Part shown: positions 11,014 through 20,828 of the stretch, one piece after another | Position numbering within the stretch: position 1 is the stretch's first letter | Layout of the letters: each line of letters starts with the position of its first letter | Origin: Macrostomum lignano | Lineage: Eukaryota | NCBI GenBank assembly: GCA_002269645.1 | Contig: NIVC01001651.1 | Location: forward strand, 191,228-255,227 | DNA length: 64,000 nt | Direction of reading: 5' to 3' | The notes under the pieces: generated by a model | Databases searched by the model: none | What the model saw: the letters and a program-made list of their open reading frames with translations, nothing else | What the model was told of the DNA's origin: nothing | Program-made: the position numbers and the translations under genes

Positions 11014-11327
11014 TAAGGGTATTTCTCTTTGTACGCGGTTTGGGGAACCCAACACTGTACACTGGGTAGGTTAGAATGGGCGCTAGCTGGGGGGCCTCTA
11101 TGTGTGTATACACGGGGGTTAAAAGACCAATTCTGATAGCTCGCTCCTAGGGAGGAAATTGGCAGAGGGGCCGGCCCAAAAAACTGAAATGGGCTGGCCC
11201 CGGGCTCGAGTCCACCCACCTAAAATATGGAGGGTCATTACAACCTAATGACTCGAAATACTTTCAACGCAATTGTACCTATAAGAGGGTTAGGGCGGCG
11301 GCGGCGGTGGCGAAAACGGGCGGCTAA

Positions 11328-12222
11328 AACCTCCCTTTTGGGATTTCCCCGAACCGCTTTTGTTTAAAATTTTTATGCACCTGCGGGTTAGACAATATTT
11401 ACTCTTTAGTCGGTGTGACATTATTTACGCGTCTGTTGCACCTGGGCGTTTGCCTATAATCTGATTATACATGCGTGCCTGTATTATACAACTACACCTT
11501 ATGCATGCCTTGTAAACCTGCTTTATACATTAATCCGATATGTATCGAAAGTACACTTTGTAAACCTGCTGTGTGTATTTCCACCTATGTAGCGCCTACA
11601 GTACCTGCTTTGTCTATTTCTGCCCATGCACCTACATTGTGTGTTTTTGCTGCTCATATGCTCCAATATGTACATTTTAATATGCAATATGCGTCATTAT
11701 TCACCTACCAATATGTTTTATCTACATTTTTATGTAAATATACTCAATTTCACCTACTATAAGTAGTTTTCACTAGCCTAATATCGTTGACTACATATCG
11801 TACATATCGGGAGAGTGGTAGAGTGTACCTTTGGCTCGGTAGAGTGTACACTCGGGGTGCCTGCGGCTCGGTAGAGTGTACACTCGGGGTGCCTGCGGCA
11901 TGGGCGTCTGCGGCATGGGCGCCTACGGCTCGGGAGGGTGCGCCTGCGGCTCGGGAGGGTGTACATATCGGGGTACATGTCGGTAGGGTGAGCATACATA
12001 TCGGTAGGTGCGCCTGCGGCTGGGGAGGGTCGCCGGTGGCTCGGGAGGGTCGCCTGCGGCTGGACGGCGCTTGGCGCCACGCGCCTGCGGCGCGCGCGCG
12101 CCGAGCGCCGATATCGATACGGGTATCGATCACCTAGTGATCGGGGCGCCAGCCAATGAGAGGCGAGGAGGGTTGACACCCACCCCCCTCCAAAATCAAC
12201 GGATACGGGTTCATATAGTAGT
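11328..12222 (-). repeat. Right TIR of the Polinton-like element
   Basis: Reverse complement of 2813-3707. Confidence 0.95.
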
Positions 12223-12228
12223 GTGGTC

Positions 12229-12772
12229 TGTCTGCAGCCAGTTTGCGATGGACAAGAAGCAATTGAGTGTTCTCAATGCTTGAATTGGCAGCACCGCATG
12301 TGATAGTCGCGTCACAATCGATCAGTATTCTGCAATGAGAAATGTCGGTGAGTTTTTCTGGCTTTGCAATCAATGCAATAGACGGGCTCCTGCAGGTAAC
12401 TTAGCAGTGTCTCAAGCTGCAGATGCTGCAGTGTTACATGTACAAGCCCCGAATTCTGGACCAGCGGCTGTTCCTCTGCCTGCTGAAAATCCAGAACCAG
12501 TGCATTTGATTCCGGCACAAGCAGAAAATTTTCTTTACCAGTATCCAGATTTCAATAACCCTGATCCAGCTCTGGAAGAATCCATTCAAATTCCTCCAGC
12601 AGAGCTTGCACCGCCCCGCAGCCCAACTCCCAAGCCCTTTGAGATTCTTACAGGTGCAGGATGCAGTCACGGAAAAGACCTTCTAGTGCAGTATGCCCAA
12701 CGAGACCTTGGCCATCTGATGGATGAAAAAACGCGGCCAAATGGCAACACGTACTATCGCTGCATATACTGA
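12229..12772 (+). pseudogene. Remainder of the PHD finger plus start of a FLYWCH-like domain (probable Mutator/MULE-type transposon ORF, truncated)
   Basis: C4HC3 pattern C-x2-C...CSQCLNWQHR(x)C...FWLCNQC, with a frameshift at about 12300. The end, FEILTGAGCSHGKDLLV...GNTYYRC, resembles FLYWCH units that precede MULE domains. Confidence 0.65.
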
Positions 12773-12884
12773 TACTGATACCCAAGTACTGATACCCAAG
12801 AGACGCAAGGCTTCAATCAAAGTCTGACAATTCTGAAATCTCGTCAAAGTAAGCCGAACCTCTAAATACATGTACAGATACAAG

Positions 12885-14545
12885 TCTGATACAAACAGAA
12901 GAGAGAAGAGAGAAAATAGAAGAATGGAGAAGGGAGAGAGTAGAAAGGAGAAGAGATATGGGAGAGCAGGAGAGATGAGAGATGAGAGGGAGGAGAGAGT
13001 AGAGAGTGGAGGTGAAAGAGTAAAGGGGAGAAAGTTGAGAGAAGAGTTGGGAGAGTTGGGAAAAAAGAGGAGAGATGTTAAAGGAGAGTACAGATGAGAG
13101 ATGAGAGAGAGGAGATAAGACAGGAAATAAATAATAGGAGAGAGGGTCGAGATGATAGAGGAGAGAGAATAGAGAATTTCGCACTGACCTACGAGGTGCG
13201 AACAAACACGAGAAATCAAACTGAAATGTGCTAATTTTAACAGTCCCAGACTTCCATTGTTCCTACAAAATTTTAAACAGCGGGGCAGGACCTCCTGTGG
13301 GGCAGACCCATAGAAATTTTTCCAGTTTCCAAGATAATATTGACTTATAGGGAATAAACACACACCGTACGAGCTCAAATTTGAGCTCAAAGTTCGAGCT
13401 CAAATCCTAAATATTTAAACATCGCCACATGAGCACGGAGTCACAACATAGTTTGAATATAATGGAAAGCGCACGTAAATAAGCGAAAAGCGGTATCCAA
13501 CGGGGCAACACGAGCAAACTTTCAATACGCTAATTGGGAGGGGATTAAGCAATCACGGGCTGACTACCATTCTGCCACTCAGCGGGGGTCGAACGGGAGA
13601 CTAACTCCTAATAAATAAATTTTCTCAGTCCTATAATCTTTAATGGCATGACACGGCCTTCACACATGGGGGCTCCAAGGCCTCCATGCTCCTTCCAGTG
13701 ATTTTTTTAGAATAGTCTTTGGCTCTTAGCAAAGACAGCGCACTGCCCCCATCCACCAGAAGGTGGGTGGGCACATTCTCGATTGGATATTCTACAACAA
13801 TATCTCTCCCGCGTTGCCTTCTAGCTGGCCTCAGCTTGTACAAGTCGGGCACTTTATCAAACATAGGCTTCTTTCCTAAGTTTGCTATCTATCTTTCCTA
13901 TCTTTCCTTCTTTCCTAAGGGGAGAGAGTGGAGACCAGAGATAAATGAGAAGAGAGAGCAAAGATGAAAGAGAAGAGAGGTGAGGGAAGATCGACGAGAG
14001 AAGATGGGAGAGAGGAGATAGGAAAGAAGAAAAGAGAAGAGAGAGAAGAGAGAGAGAGAGGAAACAAAAGAGAAGATAGAAGTTTCAAAGGATCCAAAGG
14101 AGAGAGAGGAGAAGGGAGATTAATGGAGAGGAGAAAGGAGGAAAGGGAGAAGAGAATGAAGAGGAAAAGGAAGATGAGAGCAAAGAGGTGAGGAGAAAGG
14201 AGAGGAGAGAGGAGAGGAGAGAGGAGAGGAGAGAGGAGAGAGGTGAGGAGAGGAGAGAGGAGAGGGCAGAGATGAGAGAGAGAAAAGATGAGAGGAGAGG
14301 GCAGACATGAGAGAGAAAAGATGAGAGAAGAGGGTAGACATGAGAGAGAGAATAGATGAGAGAGAGAGGGCAAGAGATGAGAGGAGAGGGCAGAGATGAG
14401 AGAGAGAAAGATGATACAGAAGAGGGCAGAGATGAGAGAGGAGAGGGCAGAGATGAGAGAGAGAGAAAAGATTAGAGACGAGAGGGCAGAGATCACAGAG
14501 AAAAGATAAGAGACGAGAGTGCAGAGATGAGAGATAAGAGGGCAC
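12885..14545. repeat. GA-rich low-complexity tracts (12885-13175 and 13920-14545) including a degenerate GAGGGCAGAGATGAGA repeat
   Basis: Purine-rich strand with no coding signature. Confidence 0.85.
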
Positions 14546-14789
14546 TCCAATTTTTGCTTACTTCTATCATAACTAATACCTTTACCCTCTACCTTTAACT
14601 TTTAACATATACAAACAACACGTCAGTTTTAGTATAATGAGATAGGTTTGAAACTATTATCCATGATACAAAAATCAAATGTCTTGTGCTAGTAGTGCTA
14701 CTAGCTTTAGTAGGTAGTAATACCTGCTGTAAAGGGAAGTGTTTTTTGTTTTTGTAGTGAGTCGCTAGTTTAGTTAGGCGCCGCACTAG

Positions 14790-15776
14790 TCAGCTTTTAC
14801 CCTCGCCCTCGCCCCAGGTTTCTGTCTGCCGCTGGGCAGTTGCCTGTCCCTCCCGCCTGTCTTCTGGCCTGCCCCTTGCCCGTTTGCCTGTCTGTCTGTT
14901 TGTCCTCGTTTGCCCCCTTTTGTTTCGTTTTCCCTTTTGCAGTGCCCAGACAGCTTGGTCTGGCCTGCCTCTGTTTCGTTCTCTGTCAGGCATCTCCAAA
15001 TTTGGAGTGCCTTTCTGTTTTCCGGTCCCACGGTCACGAGTGCCTTCACTTGTGGGCCTTTTCTCCTTGTCATGTGAGCCAGTCACATGACAAGGCCCTC
15101 TTCCTTCTTTAGTCCAAAGTGCAATGATTTCATCATTGTACGCTGGGCTCGTGTTTATGGGGAGATCACGTGCGCCCGGACCCCACTTGCCTCCTCTGAG
15201 GCAGGGCCCGCTTGTTTGTTGCTAAAAATAGCAACAGAGTCACTCGTGACTCTCAGCGGGGGCCTTTCGTGCAATCGATCCTCCCTATAAATGCGGCCCC
15301 TCTCATGGCTTGGCTCAGACAAGCGTTCCTTCCGTTTCAAGCGTTTCTACCTTTTCCGCGTTCCGTTTTCGTTTCTAGCGAACACTAATTTCGTGTGCCA
15401 AGTTTGCGCTTAAGTTGAACTCCAAGACTCCCGACTTTGCGCGTGACTGCCTCTGATTGTTCCTGCTATCAATTAGCAGGCCAGCTCGGATCGCCCGAAG
15501 CTAGCACTTTCGCTCTCACCCCGCACTAGCCCGGCAGGGACTGCTGACGGTGGGCACCTCTGCGCGAGAACTGCTAAATCTGCACGAAGTGCGAGTCTCT
15601 TTCTCTCGTCTTAGTTATTTGCTTCTACGAGCTCAGCACCTCACCGAAGGCTGCGACTCTGCGAAGCTGGTGGCAGCACTACCGACGCTAATAGATCAAC
15701 CCGGAGACTTCCCAGAGGAGCTCAAGGTAGGCAGCTCTCGCGACTGATTGGGAAGCAGCAAGACACCTGTACTTCA
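14790..15776 (+). mobile_element. Probable LTR of a Ty3/Gypsy-like element (5' boundary uncertain)
   Basis: Ends in CA directly before a primer-binding site, contains a TATA-like CTATAAA (about 15284), and shares segments with 54240-55420. Confidence 0.5.
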
Positions 15777-15777
15777 T

Positions 15778-15796
15778 TGGTGGCAGCGGTGGGATT
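15778..15796 (+). promoter_or_regulatory. Primer-binding site complementary to a tRNA-Leu 3' end
   Basis: TGGTGGCAGCGGTGGGATT is the reverse complement of AATCCCACCGCTGCCACCA, the typical eukaryotic tRNA-Leu(AAG/TAG) 3' end. Confidence 0.75.
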
Positions 15797-15924
15797 CCAA
15801 GACCTACGGCTAGGCCACCTGAGACAAATAAGAAACCACCAACAACAGCAACTGTACTTCATTTTACTTAGTCTAATTTCACTAACGAAATCTGTTTTCT
15901 CCGAGACTTGAAGCTACGTCATAC

Positions 15925-17830
15925 CACCCGACCAGCATGGATTTAATCGGTAGAAAAGGTAACGTTTTCTACGATTAGATAGGGTAGATGGCATGTCGAC
16001 TGCCAGCATAACATGCTTTCCTTCTGATTAAAAGCGGACTGTATATACTTGTATTGGGCAGTTATGGCGCGCAATTCAAAAGCCTACGCACAACCAATAT
16101 TATAATGGCTCGACATATTTAATTAGTATAGGGCATTGTGTTAGTATGTATGAATTCAAGACCTAGACTAATAAAGCATGAGTTTGTGTCTATAGAGTCG
16201 AAAACTTTGGAAATGTGTCGCCCTAGCTTGCACAAAAAGCCATGTATGACATGACTGAATGAAATTTAATTAGGAGGTTAATGATTGTAAAATAAACTAG
16301 CTACTTGGACCTCTTGACAATAAGGATGAAATGGTCCTGTTGCAGGCAGATATATATTTTAATTGGGCTTAAAAAAAAAGAAAAAGCTTGATGGCTAGCT
16401 AGCTAGGTGGCCTTGGCTCACCCAGTTATTGGCCTTATATTGGCCTTCTTATCAATATGTGGGCCATTTTGTACTGCATTGTGCTTTAATCTACTTTGTT
16501 TTTCTTCTTTATTGCCAGGTATTTAGTATAATTTTTTAGCTCTTAGTTGTATTCTTTATTTTAATATCACTCTATACTTGTACCATGAAAAGACACACAA
16601 AAGGCCTTGTCAATTTTAGGCCTATGATAGGTAGCTAGCTATGTTATTTTATTTTAGTAATAGGCCTATAGCTATTAAGAGTAGGCCTACTAAATTATTA
16701 GTCTATAAAATGTATATGGTCTAAAATAGGCTAGCTATTTTAGACCCTATTATATTTTATGCTTCTTGTCTAACAATCTAATAATTGTTGTAGGCCAATA
16801 TTATGAAATGTATAGGCCTAGCTATAGAAAAAGAAAAAGAAGCCAATAACCTTCCTAATGAATAAATTAATTAATATTAGTTCAGTTGTGTATTTACTTT
16901 ATATTTATTGTCATATGAATTATATACTTATAAGACAGAGTTTTGATTTTTATAGATAGAGATTGCATTTAGCCTAGGCCTATCTACTCTAGTCTGCCTA
17001 TCCTCTACCTATGTCTGTTCTCTCAATCATTATATTTTTACTTTTTCCCTCTCTTAATTCCTTTATATCATGCTTCTCAATTATCTCCCATCTTTGCCCC
17101 TCCCCAATTCCCTCCTATCCTGCCCACCCCCCAATTCCCTCCTATCCTGCCCACCCCCCAATTCCCTCCTATCCTGCCCACCCCCAATTCCCTCCTATCC
17201 TGCCCACCCCCCAATTCCCTCCTATCCTGCCCACCCCCAATTCCCTCCTATCCTGCCCACCCCCAATTCCCTCCTATCCTGCCCATCCCCCAATTCCCTC
17301 CTATCCTGCCCATCCCCCAATTCCCTCCTATCCTGCCCATCCCCCAATTTCCGCCATCCTGCCCCTCAATCTTTTCACCCTTGGGTTTTAAGCTATAAAC
17401 CCAAGGCAATTCAAAATCTGGAAATGAATTTCAAATTGGAAAATTGAATTCAGCATTTCAAGCACCTTTCAAAAAGGCAAAACTATAGAGCTAGAAAATA
17501 TGGAACTATTTAACTTCCTTAAGTTCAATAAGTTATAGTTGGATATTGCCAACTCTTTTCCAGGTGCCTCTATCTAGCTAATGCTAACAAAAATGTTGCA
17601 AGGTGTACTTTAATATTATATTTGTTCTAGTAAGCAGTTTTTCTGTGTCTCCCATTCTACCCCACCTTTCCCTCCCGTTCTACCCTTCCATTCCTTCCCA
17701 TTCTACCCCTCCATTCCCTCCCATTCTACCCCCACCATTCCCTCCCGTTCTACACTTCCATTCCCTCACATTCAACCCCCTCCATTCCCTCCCATTCTAC
17801 CCTTCCATTCCTTCCCATTCCCACCCCTCT
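15925..17830 (+). repeat. Left TIR of the KDZ element (about 1.9 kb), including 24-25-bp and roughly 23-bp C-rich minisatellites
   Basis: Reverse complement of the right end. Array (CCCAATTCCCTCCTATCCTGCCCA)n at about 17100-17350 and (TTCTACCCTTCCATTCCCTCCCA)n at about 17650-17830. Confidence 0.9.
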
Positions 17831-18354
17831 GCTCTTTCCTACCCTCCTCCGCTCCACCCTCTCCCACCCAACTCTTTTCTACCTTCTCCTATACCTCCAC
17901 CATCTCCGCCCTCTTCCGCCCTCCCATACACCCCTCGCCCTCTCCCACCCTTTCCCGCCTTTTTTGAAATCCCACCACCCTCTCCCACACCCTTTCGCTC
18001 TCTCCCATCCTCTTCCGAAAGGCTGGAAGGGGGTTTTTCTGATTGCAATTTCGATTACATTTCCAGTGCTACTGCCATTTTCGAAAGCTATGGGTCGCCA
18101 TGGCAAAGTTCGTAAAAGAAGTACGTGGTCCATGTTTGTAAAGCTAAGAGGATCTAGTAAGTATTGCGTTTCTGTTATGGAGAAGTTTTGAAACTAGTGA
18201 GAAACATTTAATGTTTGTTTTATTTAAAATACTTAAATTTCGAAAATAGTGACGTGAGAATCAGCCTCCGGCTGCTAGAGCTGCTTCGAGGCTTCGTCTG
18301 CTGTCATACGATTCTGATCCTGGTTTGATTTAAAATACTTACATTTCTCATTCA

Positions 18355-18588
18355 GACGGATTTTCGAAAGACCGCATGGCCTTCTTGGCAAACGAATTTA
18401 AACAACTGACCTCTGAGGACAAGGCCGTCCTAGAAAATGCCGCCAAGGAGGCGAAGCAGCAGTGCCTATCGCGTTGTCCATCAAGCCTTGAGCTGGAAGA
18501 AATGGTAATCACAGATAGCGACTGGTATGGTAATCGTCCCGGAAATATGGTGAATTTTCTATCAGAAATCGAAGTTATAGATATGTGA
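18355..18588 (+). CDS. HMG-box-like exon inside the KDZ element
   Basis: After an acceptor-like TTCAG: MAFLANEFKQLTSEDKAVLENAAKEAK, resembling HMG-box helices 2-3. HMG boxes are known passengers of Zisupton-type elements. Confidence 0.45.
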   Translation, partial: DGFSKDRMAFLANEFKQLTSEDKAVLENAAKEAKQQCLSRCPSSLELEEMVITDSDWYGNRPGNMVNFLSEIEVIDM

Positions 18589-19922
18589 TCCAGTGAGGTG
18601 GCAGTCGTACTCTCACTGGTTATGATATGACCGCTGATTCGCAGTTTTCAACAATTGTATAGCTAGATTGAGTCCCGGCTCATAACCGTTCTTGTTACAT
18701 ATCCCAATTCTATCCCAAAGCTAAAAATAAGATCCGAGCTGCATTATCCCAATTTGGCCTGCGTAGATAAACAATCCTTCAATATTTAGCTCAATGTCGC
18801 ACTCAAATTGCACACACATAAATGCGTACATTAGTAAACAGTTTGCTGTTCCCCCCCCCCTCAATAATAACTTATTACGCACATACTACCCCAGGCCCGT
18901 GCAATGTTTTATAGCCAGGATCTGCTGAGCATCTGTAAATCTGCTTATTCACTTCCAGGCACGAGGACTGTATGCTGATTACCACATCTTACTGATAGTC
19001 AAGAAGCGCAACGGCTCAAGCTTTCGCACTTGTGCGTCTCCCGAAGTCGCAGGACTTCTAAACGAAAATTCTGGACTTTTACAAGTAGGTCAAAAATTTC
19101 CAGAGTTGTTTACGGACCTTTATCTACAGATTCTCCAATTATCTACGATGGGTACAATTCTTTCTTTTTATTACACGAGGGTAACCTGGCGCAACGCCTT
19201 GGGTGACATCATTTCAAAGCCAGCACGGAGGCAATTCCGCCCATTCCGCTGACTTTGAGCACACACACGGATACGTACGCAGGTGCACACTCACATAGAG
19301 GTATACATCTGCTCTGACTTTCTCGTCGGCAGGCATTTTTACCACTGCCTGGGGGTTGGCCTAGTGGCATAAATCGCACAAGCCCCAGGTGGCCATCCGC
19401 CCCACAAATTAATGTACTGCGCTGCAGAATTGAGCCCAAGAATTATTCGTGGCAGTCCGATTCGTTACCGCTCGGCTACTTAGTCCCCTAAGATATTATA
19501 AAATTCTAATATTTCTAAGGTGCACATTATAAAATCCATCTATTTAGCAATGCATATGTTTGCAGCATTACGTATATTTTTCGCTTGCTTCTTCGTTACA
19601 GAAGTTCGACTTACTGAGTGCTGGCCTGGCAGAGCCTTCCACTCGAAAACCCACGGTTGAGCACATGCGCAAAGAGGTTCGGGCATCAGTTCGCATGGCA
19701 TATGGTGAGATGACAATATTGCTTACTTGTTGGCTTGTGTATTTTCCACTTCGCTTGTTTAATTCAGCTGTGACTCAAGGCTATAGTGGAAGCGCGAGCT
19801 CTCTAAAATCTGGCGGACCATTTTCATCAGTTGCTTTTGTGGCTATTTTGTGATCGCAATCAGTTTGTTCGAATCCATATTACAGGCTTCATCTATTACA
19901 TTCTTTCTCAGCTCAAGCCGGA

Positions 19923-20609
19923 ATGGGCGCCAAGCTGAATTTTAAAAACCTACGTGGCGCATTCTTCCCGAGCATTAAAAATCCTGCGGAGATGAACGCC
20001 GCAGAGCTTCGGGAGGCGTATGAATCGCGTGGCCACTTACGATTCATCCGCATCGAGTCTGAGAATCGGCCTCCGGCTGCTAGTGCTGCTTCGAGGCCTC
20101 ACACGCTGTCATCCGATCCTAATCCTGCGTCCGACCTGTGGCCGGTCGGTGCTGCTGCCCAGGCCTTCAGGCTCAGCTCGGACTCGGCCGGTGGATCTGC
20201 GGTCATCGTCGGTCGCGGCTCGGCCGGCGGATCTGCGGTCGTCGTCGGTCGCGGCTCGGCCGGCGGATCTGCGGTCATCGTCGGTCGCGGCTCGGCCGGC
20301 GGATCTGCCGTCGTCGGCGGTCGTGGCCCGGCCGGCGGATCTGCGGTCGTCGGCGGTCGCGGCTCGGCCGGCGGATCTGCGGTCGTCGTCGGTCGCGGCT
20401 CGGCCGGCGGATCTGCGGTCGTCGTCGGTCGCGGCTCGGCCGGCGGATCTGCGGTCGTCGTCGGTCGCGGCTCGGCCGGCGGATCTGCGGTCGTCGTCGG
20501 TCGCGGCTCGGCCGGCGGATCTGCGGTCGTCGTCGGTCGCGGCTCGGCCGGCGGCTTCGCTACCGTGACTGGCGTTGGCAGCTCCAGCGAGGGGACTATG
20601 CTGTACTAA
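19923..20609 (+). CDS. ORF with a SAP/HeH-like start and about 10 copies of a 12-aa repeat (GSAGGSAVVVGR)
   Basis: MNAAELREAYESRG resembles a SAP/LEM-type helix. A 36-bp tandem array at about 20182-20557 is open in several frames, so the true frame and strand are uncertain. Confidence 0.35.
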   Translation: MGAKLNFKNLRGAFFPSIKNPAEMNAAELREAYESRGHLRFIRIESENRPPAASAASRPHTLSSDPNPASDLWPVGAAAQAFRLSSDSAGGSAVIVGRGSAGGSAVVVGRGSAGGSAVIVGRGSAGGSAVVGGRGPAGGSAVVGGRGSAGGSAVVVGRGSAGGSAVVVGRGSAGGSAVVVGRGSAGGSAVVVGRGSAGGSAVVVGRGSAGGFATVTGVGSSSEGTMLY

Positions 20610-20828
20610 AGTGCTGTTTTCTTCCTTATTTTTGTAACGGACTGAGATTAAAACAGGGTTGAAAGAACACGCATTTTGCATTGCTGTCGTTTTTTTTTCG
20701 TGGCGTCCTGGAAGTTATTCGACTCCCTTTCGGTTTTAGGAAACTCAATGTCATTCCGATACTCTATGCAAAATCCCTAGTACTTTTACATATATTTACA
20801 TATAGTTCAATTTCTCAGCTCAGTATGT

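Larger units (their letters stand above)
2813..12222. mobile_element. Compact Polinton/Maverick-like element carrying pPolB; no integrase or capsid genes found
   Basis: 895-bp TIRs, termini ACTACT/AGTAGT, 6-bp TSD GTGGTC (2807-2812 and 12223-12228), internal protein-primed PolB gene. Confidence 0.93.

Noticed and set aside
2812-12223. CACTA/EnSpm element (the ends can be read as CACTAC...GTAGTG)
   Set aside because: With those boundaries there is no 2-3-bp TSD, whereas 2813-12222 gives a perfect 6-bp TSD, and the cargo is pPolB rather than a CACTA transposase.
12683-14550. Long F/L/S-rich or E/R/K-rich ORFs (also 24158-25138, 27784-28965, 35276-35560)
   Set aside because: Translations of CT/GA low-complexity DNA.
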